DNA from: Oopsacas minuta
Taxonomy: Eukaryota; Animalia; Porifera
Assembly: GCA_024704765.1 (NCBI GenBank)
Contig: JAKMXF010000359.1
Location: forward strand, 88,423-152,422
Reading direction: 5' to 3'
DNA: 64,000 bases
Shown: positions 26,068-39,396 of the stretch, one piece after another
How the letters are laid out: the number at the start of each line of letters is the position of its first letter
How positions within the stretch are numbered: position 1 is the stretch's first letter
Made by a program: the position numbers and the translations under genes
The notes under the pieces: model-generated
The model's input: the letters and a program-made list of their open reading frames with translations, nothing else
Databases searched by the model: none
What the model was told of the DNA's origin: nothing

Positions 26068-27427
26068 CAGGGTGGGCCGCGGGAAACCGGTTGAAACAAA
26101 TTTTGTATAATTTCTAAACAAAAAAAGATAAGTCAATTCTGTAAAAAGTATATTAAGGTTTATAAAGTGATATTATAATTTTCATTTTGTAGAGTATCTA
26201 TCCACTAATAAAATGCTCGATCCAGCTCCCATTTAAAGATATCACTTTTTGCAATCTCGTGAGAATATTTTCTGAGACTTTTTTCAGTGTTTCTGCCTTG
26301 ATCCGTCTTATTTCCCGGCGAATGTTTCTCTTGAGGTCTTCAGTAGTCACAGGGATAGGATTGGAGTAAACCTTGCTCTTCAGGTATCCCCATAAATAAA
26401 AATCACATGGGTTTAGATCTGGGCTGTAAGGTGGCCAAAAGAAGTCACAGTTTCGTACGATCAGTTTTTTGTCAAATTTCTCTCTAAGAAAGTCAAGAAC
26501 AACTTTAGCTATATGTGGGGGTGCGCCATCTTGTTGAAATGTTATACTACCAAGTTCCTTACGTCTTCTGAGAGTTGGAATGTAGTAGGACTTTAACATA
26601 TCAAGATATCGGACACCATTCACGGTCACTCTTGACCCTTCATTATTTTCATAAAAATACGGACCAATAATCCTCTTGGAGCCAACTGCACACCAGACAG
26701 TGACCTTTTCTTGTGTTAAAGGCTTACTATCAAGTGGATCTGGCTTTTCCTCACCCCAAATTCTCATGTTCTGTTTATTAACATGTCCAGAAAAGTGAAA
26801 ATGAGCCTCGTCACTCCAGTCAATATTACCGATGTCAATTTCCTTCTTCTCAACCTTCCCTGCGATAAGCTTTGCAAAAGTCAATCTCTTCTCTTTTTGG
26901 ACAGTAGATTGCTTCTGTAAGATATGTATCTTATATGAGAAGAGATTGAGATCATCTACAAGAATCCTCCTGACTATTGTCCTGGACAATTGAAGTTCTC
27001 TTGAAAGCCTCCTTGATGAACGATGTGGTGAATCGCAAGTTTACGCTTTACTTTTTCGATGTTATTGGGGGTCCTCATTGTCTGGCATGGTCCTGGTCTA
27101 GCTGTATCAACTACAGTACCATTCTCCTCAAACCTCTTGACAATATTTTTGATGGTATCTAGTTTAGGAACAGTTCTAGAGTTATAGAATCTTCTAAATC
27201 TTCTCTACGTTGTAACTATGGAACCATGATTTTTGTATTTCCATTTTAAGACATTAGTCCTTTCTTCCAGTTTCAGCCTTGTCATAACTTCCTATTGATC
27301 TAATTGTTAATTAAACACAAAATAGCATTCTTCTAGCTACAAAATGAAATGTTTGCAATCGGTAATGGATATACGTGTGCCGAGTTATGATCATTCTATT
27401 TCAACCGATTTCCCGTGGCCCACCCTG
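26068..27427 (-). mobile_element. DD41D (rosa-type) Tc1/mariner element
   Basis: TIR cagggtgggcc(g/a)cgggaaa(c/t)cggttgaaa with TA/(TA)n flanks. ORF 26198-26989 has WSDEAHF, FQQDGAPPH and WPPYSPDLNPCD, with 41 residues between the second and third D. The N-terminus is broken. Confidence 0.9.
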
Positions 27428-27503
27428 TATATATATATATATATATATACACAGTCTATAACATAAATATTGAAAATTGCTCCTATATCTGTTGCTTCAA
27501 TAA

Positions 27504-29778
27504 CACAGGCCAACAAAATTTAACTTCATTTTCTCATCAAGTATTAGATTGACATTTTCTAAGCTAGTTTTTTACGCTGAATGCAAATCTACTTTCAGAT
27601 TCTTTCCAGCACGTCCAGTTTTTTTCCATCTACAAGTCAACGATTTTTATGTATTTCCTAAGTTTTTCCTGTTATTTTATGGTAATGGCTGTCTTTTTGT
27701 CTTCTTACATGATAGCCATCTGAAATAAATCAACGTTTCGATGTTTTAGATTAATGCCAAGATAATATCAGTTATTATCCTAGCTCTTACATATAATTAT
27801 TCACATTCATGCTTGTGTCAACTACTCACAAACTAAGGGGAAATACATATCCATCTAGAAGTATAAAGGTAGCTAACTAAATTGAAAGTGTTGAGAGTAC
27901 GACTTCCTTTTATATATCTTGTTAGGATTATCTCTGAAGAGCCTCCAACAGAAATCGGACATCATGCCCTCATTCCAGAAACCTTGGCATCTGGTTTCCA
28001 TCTCCTGTATGTCTTGGTGGAATCTCTCACCCTGTTCATCACTTCCAGCACCAAGGTTCTCAGGGAAAGAATCAAGGTGAGAGTGCAAGAAGTGAAGTTC
28101 TAGCGACATGCGACAGCCCATCTTCTCTTATGCGTTAAGCAAGGTTTCCACTCCTTCTCTGTAGTTGGACGACTTCTTGTTGCCCAAAAAGTTTTCACAA
28201 ACCCATTTGAAAGAATTCCAAGCACTCATTTCTAATTCGGATAATGTCTTCTCGAAATCTGGATCCTGAATACTTGTCTGATTTGTGGTCTTACAAATAC
28301 TCCCTCTTTTAACTTTGCCTCGCTTAGTTTCAGATAATAGCCTACCAAATGCAGAAATCCTGCTGAATTTGTTTCGCCCATTGTTTTAACGAATGTTTTC
28401 ATTAATCCAAGTTTAATATGAAGTGAGGGTAAGAAAACTTTGTTTGGATCTACCAATGGCGAATGCTGTAAATTGGTTTTCCCCACTTCATAGGTTCTCT
28501 TCGGCCAATCACATTTTTTATAATGTTCACCAGTTGCTCGGCTGTCCCATAGACATAGGAAACAACAATACTTTGTAAAACCTTGTTGCAAGCCCATCAA
28601 TAGCCCGATTATCTTAAGATCACCGCAGATATTCCATATATGTGTTCTATACTGTATTGCCTCCAAAGCTTCCTGCAAATTGACGAAGATTTCTATGAGA
28701 TAGACGGAGTGAGCAATTGGAATGCCAGGCTTTCTATTTCCGTTATGCAACAGAACAGCTTTCAAACTGCGTTTTGACGAGTCGATGAAAAGGCGCCAAT
28801 CAGAGGAAGAATGTTCTTGTAATACGTTTGCATAGAGTCCTTCGATATCATTACAATAGCACAGTGGACCATCAGTGGTGTAGTATTGAGCGAGATCGAA
28901 ATTTCGCTTGCGATAGTGGGATACTAGGACATCTTTGTCGAGTAGGTTTTTCTGTTTAAGCCTGGATGCAAGGAGTTGAGCTTTGTCTTTAGATGAGTCT
29001 AGATCCCTGACCAGGTCATTCAATTCTCCCTGTGTAAATGTTTGTGGCTCTAGTAATTCATCTTCCGGAACATAATTAGCATCTGTAGAATCTGCATGGA
29101 CATCTTCCACCATATCAGACCCGATTTTAATTTGCTGTGGCTTGGGAAATGGGATTGGTAATGAGATGTCGTGTGGAATTGGCCTGCGAGCAGAATCCAA
29201 GTCTGGGTAAACAAGAGCGTACTTATTCTTGGATGAGAATCCTGTAATGTCGATAAGGCAAAAGTAACAATCATCAAGGTGATTTTTCTGTTCCCTCCAG
29301 ACCATGAGTATTGCAAATGGCATTGAAACTTTCCTTTTGTTCAACCAATTACGTAGTCCACTTGAACAAGAAGTGCATATAACATGTGGTGCTCACGACT
29401 TGTCTTGGCCACCAAGTGGACATTCGAAGTACAATTTGTATATGTTCTTTAATTGATTTGTGATTTTACGCAAAAAAGACCACAAACGCAACAGAAATTG
29501 TCGGGATGAGTTCTACAATTGCGATGCATGTTTGTAATTTGAGTTGCTTGAATTCGCATATGTAAAGTCATTTATAATCCAGATTATTGAATCAAAATAG
29601 GCATGCTCATATAGCAATTTGGTACCCAGGTAATACTATATTATTGAAAAAATGGATATTGGATTTCAGGATAACTAGACGTGCTAGGGAAATTCTGATT
29701 GCAGATTCGAGTTCAGCATTCAAAAGTATGCTAAGATAAATGTATGTGATCTCTGATGAGAAATCTTGTTGAGTTGTG
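27504..29778 (-). mobile_element. Near full-length Chapaev3 (CMC) transposon with disrupted transposase
   Basis: CACA termini and TAA TSD (27501-27503 and 29779-29781). ORFs contain MVWREQKNHLDDCYFC, WRLFIDSSKRSLKAVLLHNGN, ICGDLK, LHIKLGLMK and HSHLDSFPENLGAGSDEQGERFHQDI. Confidence 0.9.
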
Positions 29779-29859
29779 TAATATTCGCTTAATCAAGTTA
29801 TCAATAGTACAATGCACTAATAATACAGAACCAATCAATATTTAATTGGGACTCTATTC

Positions 29860-30800
29860 GATTCTATGACCATTTTACAACGTCGCGGTAGTGAATCTCA
29901 GCAGGGCTGAAGAAAATCAGGACTTATGTCTGCCCACAATAATTCTAGCTCTCTCTTGAGTTCAAAAATTGTCCTGGGACCGCGTTTCAAAAGTTCTGGT
30001 TTTGCCTAAGCGAACAGATTGCCAATAGGGTTTAAATCTGGACTTTGGAATGGCCATGGTATTTGTTTAGGATATTTTTTTATCACAAATGCGTCAGTAA
30101 CTTTAGAAGTGTGTTTGAGATCATTATCCATTGCCAGGCGCCATTGGTCCTGATGAAATTTCAGCCTGGGTTAGCAAATGGCCTTCTAAAATGCGTATGA
30201 ACATCTTAGAGCCATATAGTCAGTGAAGATACAGAGTGGAAATGTTCCCATTGAGCTAAATGCAGCCTATACATTAATTTTTGGGACATGTTTCGTTGTT
30301 GGAACCACACGTGTTTTCCAAGATTTTGTCCACATTTTATCTTTCCTCTACCGAGCCATATAGACATCTCATCGGCAAAAACAGTTTGCGCTTATGATTT
30401 CTTAGGATACATGTGCTTTCTGGCCCATTTTATTCGAAAGATTTTGGGTTTTTCACTTACTAAGGGTGGATTAGATGGATATTTCTTAGTGTAATCGACC
30501 GTTTTTAAGGCACGCCAAACGGTTTCATGAGATGGCCTGCCAGGAATAAGATGGGCTGAATACCTTGTAGACAAATATGGCCTACCTCTAATTTGCTGGG
30601 CCAGACTTCTTAGAATGGAGAGTCTCATAGTAGGTGGCCTTCCAGACCCTCTCTTGCCCCCAAACCAACAATATTTGACTCTCTAGATTTTACTCTATAG
30701 ACTGTCGCCAAACTTACACCCAAAGATTTTGAAATATCCTTCATAGAAAGTTCACCACGTTTTATTAGAACATCCATTGGCTCTCTTTTCTGTTTTTCAT
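29860..30800 (-). mobile_element. Heavily decayed Tc1 (DD34E-type) remnant
   Basis: The minus strand gives RIKWARKH, DNDLKHTSK and WPFQSPDLNPIG motifs. TIRs were not resolved. Confidence 0.65.
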
Positions 30801-33800
30801 TCATAGTTAGATCTAACTGTTTACATTATTAATTGTATATATTAAAACAAATTATCCGGACGAAAAGTTGAATATTACGTCACACAAATTTCTGACTCCT
30901 ATCCTAGTGAAAAAATGCCCAAAAAATCTAACAAAGGTCATTAATAAGTAAAAATATATCAAGTCAAGTGATTTTGAGTAGTTGGAATCCAGCTTATTAC
31001 TAAACACTGAGAGTTAATGTGGTAGGATAGTAATATATCAATTTTCTCAATTTTTATCTTACAGACTGTATATTTTTCATTATCGGATATTTTTGAGTGA
31101 CATTGTTGCTACAGTACAGGCATCGAGATCTGTTAAATTTGTCTTGCACTGCTGCTACTTAAGCTGTAAGATGATAATTTCTAGTACCCTTACCTCCTAG
31201 ATGTTGCTCAGATGTCTCAATATCTTCTAGATGTTGCTCTGGATGTTTTTAAGCAATATCTAGTTACTTATTTTGATATTTATTGTATTAGTTAATGAAA
31301 TTGCTTCAAATTGTAGTATTGGTGATATGTTCCACAATTCTTACTCTTTTTAAGAGTTTGGCCTTGGATTAGTGTCAAAATGCCTAACAATGCAATGTTT
31401 CTCATGTGTGTTTCTACCTCTTACATGTAGCCCTGTGTGTTTTGATCAAAATTTTGTTATTTTATGGGATTTAAACTTATATGTTCTAGTATTTTCTTCC
31501 AAATTTATCCGATCCCTGGACCGTTGTTATATATTATTCAATTCCAGTATTTGTACCTTACTCCATGTTCAATTTCTAGTATCCCGTTAATTTACTTTAC
31601 CCACATACTAAAGCCTTTGAGTCTCATCTGCTTCAATCCTAAAATCCTGCAAATTTAACCCCATTGGCGACTGCCCCAACTCATTCCAACATGTCCTTGC
31701 TCTAATTCATTAACAAAATTTAATATTTCCACATCCTACTATACTTAGGACCCCAAAACTCCTTCAGGATTTGTACCTTGGATGTATCTGTCTGGTTAAG
31801 TATTTCTGTGTTTACTATATTTCCATACGTCCCATTTTGACCGAATACATGTATTGCATATATGTAGGACAACAAATATTATCAACCAATATAAGTGCAT
31901 GCTAAAATACTTCATCATTGTGTCAATATATTTGTCTAGTAAGTATTTATCTGACAGAATGTGTCCTTCCTTGATGTATTGTTGAACGTTAAATATTGGA
32001 TATTTCATGCTTTTATATACATCGACCAAATCTTGAAGGCAAAAGTTGTCTCGTTCTTGAGTTACAGCACACAGCATATCTCACACTTTACTATTATATT
32101 ATATAGCGATAATCGTGAATGTTTTTGCTCATGCAGGATAGCCAATTCATTGTAAATTTCAGACTTCCCATGACCGTATAATACATTTGATGTGATATAT
32201 CTCTTACAAAGCGACCTAATTGCTACTATGCTCATATATTGTCATTTTGTTACATTACGCTATATTATTCAGACATATCACATCGGAAGTATTTTGAAGA
32301 TGTGGGCGGTTGACTATTTTCCACAAATTGGCCTTCCAGATTTAACAGTGGCTCATTCCCTTATAAATGAATTGGTTGATACTTTGTTGTTCTACATAAA
32401 TGCTATCCATTTTTCGAGCAAAAATGAACAATTTCTGGTATATAGAAACTGCATGCAAATACTCCGGTCGACACGTTCATCCCTGGCCCATAATGCTAAA
32501 AGAGTTGGGGGCCTTGTGTATAACATATAATTCCTAGTTTCAATTCAGTGATTATCAATTCTAGGTCATTCAAACTTATTGCGGGTCATGTGGTGAAATC
32601 TAACCTAAACACTATGCATTAATTGCAGTTACAATTATTACTAATTCAAATAATCCTCTTCCACTCCTACACACTGTTTTTTATGTGGGTAGAGCGACGC
32701 TCTACCTACTTAAACACTCATTTATGTACTCTTCTTCGGGATAGATTTAAATTTCTGGTCCAGGGCCGCTCCTAGGGTATGTGGCGGGACAAACTCCATA
32801 CCTTAAAGGTAGATTTAGTTTTGGAGAATAGGAAAAAATCGCAAGGAGCTAGGTCTGATGAGTATGGAGGCTGTCTTATTAAATCTAACCCCTCTGCGTC
32901 CAAGAAATTTTTGTGAACTTAGTTGCCTAACGAGTATAATTATTCTCAAGGGAGCAGGAGCATTCGTCTGGAATTTCTGCTAATTGTTCTCTGAGTGTAT
33001 GCAAACATCGTATTCTGTATTCTATTTGAAATGTCACAATATTGTAATGTAACATGTGCAGGTCCGGTGAGAGGGGGGTTTAGTGATCCCAATGAACCGG
33101 ATTGCGTGGCAAGAGGGGGTGTTAAAGATTGAAATTGTTATTACTGTATATATTTATGGTTGGGTTCAACAGTCAAGTGAAGTTCTTGTGAACTTGTTAT
33201 TGTGTTACTTTGCTAGAATATTTGAAATTTCAATTATATTACAAGTAATTACTACGACTTTACATTTAATAATCAATATTTAATTGAGTTTTCTCCCCCA
33301 AATCATTACAACTTAGTGAATGTTTATTTGGTTTATTATTTACAAGTCAAGTAAATAATCAATTTGTGACACCATTATTTTTATAAACTCCTTGAATACA
33401 CATATGGTATACAGACTATTTGATCTTGTCGCCCAAATTCGGGATTGCCCTTCGTTTCTCAATCATGGCATTCATTTTCTGTTAATTATAGCGAACAATG
33501 TTACAATACTTGTTCTAGTAGTAAAACGAGTAGAATTGAAATTCTATAATTTGAATAAAAAATCCTCACTCGAAGTACTATAAATTTCATCTGTACTTGT
33601 ACTGGGACGTAGTTATGCTTGCGAACTATCAAAATTTATTCATCTAACCTTGTTATGAGTACATTTGTTAGCACTTATTATATTCCAAAGGTTCTTACTA
33701 TTCCAAGTGCTCTAGTGTATCCTAATGGTCATTTGCATGATGACATTTGTCAAAATTTCTTGAGGAATGGAAGGACTCAACAAAGCTGAGAGATCTTGCT

Positions 33801-35547
33801 ATATTCACTTTCAAAAACGCATTGGCAAGATAAGTTGATTTTACCGATATTATCAACTTATTTGCTGAGAAATAGCACAGTAAGCATTCATATTAGTTAT
33901 CAATGAGTTCCATGATTTGTAGGCAAGTGCATAAAATTCGAAATAGTATTTTCATTCTGTCAAATCATACATAACGATCCCGCGGGATAATGTGGGACCA
34001 TGTCCCGAAATTTCTCTCACGAGCTCTGATCATTAGTGATTCATTACTAATTCATCTTCCAAATTTTCCTGAGACCTAATATTAGGTTGTAGCTACAGTG
34101 CCTTTTCCGGCAGTCAGCTAAATTATAGTCATTGGCAATATGTTACGTATTTACAGTCGAAATTACTTCAAAATGGATAATGACATCTTGTATCTCTAAG
34201 AAATCTGCCCCCAAACAGGCCCTCACATATTAGGTGCCCTGACAAAATCCATACTGAACTTTTGTAATGTTTACTTTAGATTTTTACCTTTTATACCTGT
34301 CTCGTTTGAAGAATCTCACGTGATGTCCAGCCTACTTGCTTATAACCGACTGGAATTCCATTTATACATTTACTAGTCACTAGTAGATTTACGATCCTTT
34401 ACTTCCTCTCTAATCCGTTCTTCTGCCCTGATAGGCGAAAGAGGATCATCTGAGCAGACGAATTGTTGTGTATAATTGGTTTGGGAAGATAACACAAAGT
34501 TATGAGTTAGCTCTAAATTTTTCTTACAAAAAATCTTCCGATGATTCTAATATTCCTGGCAAAATGCTGAATAATGCACTTTTGAGCTAAATATTGCGAA
34601 GTGGATAAATTCTGCCATTTTGTCATATGATTAGACATTTATCTACTTCTTCAAATTTGCAATATTCCCATGGCTTTCCCTTTACGAGGTATGAGCTAGG
34701 GTATACTGTTTTTGTGCTTAATTTATTTTATCAAAATTATGAATCTTAGTTGTCGAACTAAATTTATTATACATACTTACATTTATACTTTTATTTATAA
34801 TCTCTTTTAACGCGTATTTGATTTTCTTGCCCTCATTATTTCAAATTAAAACCAACTTTTCTGCCACTGAGCTTATATTGGGTGACTAAATATTTAATGA
34901 CCGTCGTATTCTATTTATATAGTCATAACATAGAGTAAATCTTTGCATGTGCAAGTACTCAACTTCATCTTATATATATAATTATATAGGGCCCCCACAA
35001 AATGTTTTGCCCATGTGCCCCCACTGCCTAAATCCGGGCCTAGTTATCAAGGTAGTATTATTATAGTCCTAACTTGATTTTTATTTCTTATTTATTGCCA
35101 TTTTCGAAACATTTTTGTGGAAATCTAAAGATACATTTGTGTGTATCTTCGATATAACTGACACGCAACTTGCTGTGACTCTTTAACACTATGGATGTCA
35201 TCCATTTGGTGTAAATAGGTTTATTCTATTATTTAGGGGGCCTTGCCCACTAAATGTTGTCATGCACTATGTATGTAAACCAACACATTTTAATAGTTTT
35301 AAGTATACTCCTGCCTTCCAAAGTTTGATATATCATCATTTTATTGTTGAATAGACATTTTGGACGAATTTAGCCATATTTCTGTTGTCTTTTCAGGTGT
35401 TGTTCGTTATCTAACGACTTACTCGAGATTACTCAAGTAAAGACAATTTGAGGTGTATTAGATTTTGATTAACTAAATATAGGTTTGGTCCGAATAGTTA
35501 ACATTCATTAATACTTGTGTATATGAACATATTAACTTATCATTCAA

Positions 35548-38079
35548 TAGGCATAGAACTTTGAATTTTAATGAAAATCTGGGGGGGGCGGAGCAGTGAC
35601 CAAGCGCCTGGCTGCGCAACTACCAATCGATTAAGAGATATTATTAGTTCGTAATTTATTATTAATATAAGTATAAATAGACCAGGGTCTAAAATTTCTT
35701 TCTGCGTTCATGTATTATAGTCTCTCCTTGTTCAAACATATTTAGCCCATCTGTAGATCGTTTAATAAACTCTTCCATAAGATCTTTTACAGGTAGGCTT
35801 GTTCCCACTAAGTCCCGGTGACTGTTTAGAAACGCAAGACGACCCATGCGTTCATGACCTTGGGTTGACCTCAAGTGTGTGAGTAACCTTCGCAACATAC
35901 TAAAAGCTCTCTCTGCTTCGCATGTCGTCACGGGGAGTACAAGGTACAAAACAAGAGCGGTGCGCAAACCAGGTTATGACCTTCATTCCGGGTTCAACTT
36001 GAGTGTTTTCTTCAGAAATTGTCAGGAAATCTCGATGCCTTCATTATCACAGCGGTTAAACCAAGCTTGCCTTCCCACCTTAGTTGTGCCAATTCTGGAA
36101 GGTCACCATTATAGAATCTCGTCAGCTTTTCTAGGTCCTTATCCACTATGTTCTTATTCTCCAACCCGCATCTCAGCAGCTCATCCACGGTCTTGTAGAG
36201 AATACTGGGTAATGGGAGCCCACGCTGCCGTTTGTAATACCTACAAGCATACTTTGCTATAATCTTACAATTCCTTCTGCATGATAAACATCCAACCAAC
36301 AGGCTTGTACATATCTACATATCTCTTTTGGATCTGAATATCTATTTCCTGGGTGTTTGAATCTATTGGAATACCTCCTCACTCTTTTCGGTTGCTCTAC
36401 GTAGTCGAAAAGGTTGGCGTTGGTCTAATCTAAGATCTCCTGCAGCTTTCTTAACGTCTTTGTAGAAAATCAGGGCATTTTCATTACTGAAAGCTTGGCT
36501 ACTAAGAACAGTCACGAGGCTGTTAACCAACTTTCTGACATCACCAACTGTGATTTCTCGACCTTGACACATAGGGTGAACAGGGTTTGTTAGGGACAAT
36601 ATCTTCTCGAATATCACAATACCAAAATACGTCTCGAATGGTTGAAGAGAAGGCCGAAAAAAGCGTGATTCGGCACGCTTCTCAGGTTTGAGCGTTCTAT
36701 CATCTTGTAGCAATTCAAGAAACTCGACAATCATAGTATATTGCGCCAACAGGCTTTCAATGCTAGAGAGCCTCATTATCCACTCTTTAGACAAAGTGGC
36801 CTCAGTCCGCGCTTGTCAAGTTTGGGGTTCTCCAAAGCTGCCGCAGCTACTATCTCTTTAAACAATACATATCTTTTGGTGGATGTTTTTATGAAGTTGA
36901 TTACTGCACGTACCTTCTCCAACGCGTTTTCCAATTCTCGCACAGATTCCATGCTGTCTTGAACCACCAGATTAATGTTATGCCAAAAACATGATGCCCA
37001 TGACGCTTTAGCGTTCTCAGCGCGAACTTTGGCTTGGAGACCATTGTGGCGTCTAGACATATTAGCTGCTCTATCATATCTCTGCCCCTCATCGCATCAA
37101 ATGGTAATTCAATGCCAGTAAGGCATTCTTAAGAATAGTTAATAAGGTATCAGCGTCTGTAGTAGTTGCCTGAAAGAAGCCAAAAACATATGTATTGAAT
37201 TCAGAACCGCGTTAACGTGGCGGATGCACACACTAACTTGCTCACGTTTCCTGATATCCTGCGTCTCGTTCATTATGACCGAATATAATAAACGGCCCTG
37301 CTTCTTTGCTTCCCCAGCTGTGGATTCTTGTTTCATGAGCGTAATAAAGTATTTAGTTATTTTATCTCTCAACATATTTATTTGTTCGTTTTGAATTTCA
37401 GGACTCATAAATTTTATTCGTGCACTCGAAGAAAACAATATTTTGGCTTCGTCATTGAACCTCGATACCAGAAGAGCAAGGTTTCAGATATTTGAGGTAT
37501 CTTTTTCGTCCCTGTGCCCTAGTCATTGTGTTGCACACGTCTTAACAGAGTCGAATACTGCTCTGAGACCTGTCCTATTGAGCTCAATATCCCCACGCTT
37601 GATCCTCTCAAATCTATGGTCAATGACTGGTGTATTTAGCTCCATTTGATAGATTAACCAAGCCTTTTGGTGGTCGGACTGGTTCTCTACCATATGTCTG
37701 CCTATCAAGTGAGTTTTTACCTTTCTTAAAGCTTCTCCATCCCTCACCATCACCTGTTTTGATCCACTTTGAGGTGCCTCGTGTATTACCCTTCTCAATG
37801 GGTCGTATCCAATTATTCATGATTGCTCTACGCCTACGGCGCAATTACAAGTCTCCATGTCCTCATTGAGTTTACACCACTGCTTTTGCATATAGCTCGT
37901 AGTATACTCATCTTTTTTGAAAGCCATATGCTCAGGAATGTTCTCTAAATCATGCAGGTCAGGGAGAACACAATCCTTTAAGTTAGTTTCGTAGATTTGG
38001 GGAGGGGTAGTTGGAGGAATCTCTTGGACCGAAAGTGAAATAGGAGCGAGGCATGCAAGTTCCAGTTACCCCATAATTA
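35548..38079 (-). mobile_element. Decayed hAT (ZMYM1-like) element; 5' part missing at the maT insertion
   Basis: ORF fragments FMSPEIQNEQI, SVIMNETQD, CFWHNINLVVQD and LVLPVTTCEAERAFSMLRRL. Probable 3' terminus taggcatagaac..gggggggg at about 35548. Confidence 0.75.
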
Positions 38080-38081
38080 TA

Positions 38082-39396
38082 CAAAGTGACAGTTAAGTTC
38101 TGATGCATAGTTCCAATAGATCTGATACGCTTCCAATATATTCTATTACAATTTCTATCATTTATATTCTAACATATATGTCTTCCTGTTATGCTCAAAC
38201 AGTAATCTAAATCTACATACGCATAAAATCAGAAATTTCAACATGGAAGTAAAGAGGTCAAAAATTATCACATTATTTATGAACGGGAGCACACAGAGCG
38301 AGATTTCGAAAAATCTGAAAAATGAAAAGATCAACAGATTATTCATTTATCGTACTATTAAACGATATAACGATACCAAAAGTGTGGAGGACAAGCCTCG
38401 TTCTGGCCGACCGGCGACAGTTCGTACGAGAGCACTAAGGGAAAAACTCCGCAGTAAAATCCGCCGAAATCCCAGGCGGTCAATCCGGAAGATGGCAAGG
38501 GAATACCCTGTTAATCGCGAAACATTGCGAAAGATGATACATGAGGACCTGGGACTTAAATCACTCAAACGGCAAACAGTTCATCATCTCACTCCCACTC
38601 TTCGAATAAAAAGACTTGAAAGGTGCAAAAAGCTTCTGCGGCGCCTCATAAATGAAGATTCTGTACAGATATTGTTTTCGGACGAGAAGATATTCACGGT
38701 AGATGAAGCAACTAACCGTCAAAATGATAGAATGATTGTGTCGCCATGCAAAGACATCCCTGAGAGCATTAAATTCATCGATCGAGTGCAAAGACCGCTT
38801 TCTGTGATGGTCTGGGCTGGGGTGTCAGCAGATTCTCGGACAAAATTGATTTTTGTCCCACAAGGGGTCAAAATTAACTCGCAAACATATAAAGAGAGTT
38901 TATTCTTGAGCCTGTAATCAAATCTGCTGGTTCATCCTTGTTCAAAAACACACCCTGGATATTCCAGCAGGACTCTGCGCCAGCGCATGCCTCGAAAGGC
39001 AACTCAATCCTGGCTTTTAGGGGAAAATATTGACTTTTTGTCCAAGGGAAGAATGGCCTCCTTCAAGTCCGGATTTGAATCCACTTGACTATTCCATCTG
39101 GGGGACTTTACAGAGCAGAGCCTGCGCTACTCCGCATGGAAATTTGGAATCTCTGCGGGAGGCTTTGATTATAGAATGGGAGAAAATTCCGTAAGAAGAA
39201 CTCCGTAAATCTGTCCAATGGTTTCAAGGACGACTTAAAGCTGTAGTAAAGGCAAAAGGCGGTTATATCGAATAGAATTGGATAGGAAGATTTATTATAA
39301 TATGCTTTAACTGTCAGTGAAAATTTGGATTGAAAGAATAACTAGTTTAGGAATAAACAGAGTATATTCGTGGATCAGAACTTAATTGTCACCCTG
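38082..39396 (+). mobile_element. maT/DD37D element, copy 2
   Basis: TA TSDs and TIRs (the left one has 3 substitutions). It has the same frameshifts as 4478-5790 and a few amino-acid differences. Confidence 0.92.

Noticed and set aside
5791-38081. A 32-kb inversion between the head-to-head maT copies
   Set aside because: G-alpha exons inside (18061, 25205) and outside (43799) the interval are on the same strand, in the correct order and in compatible phase.
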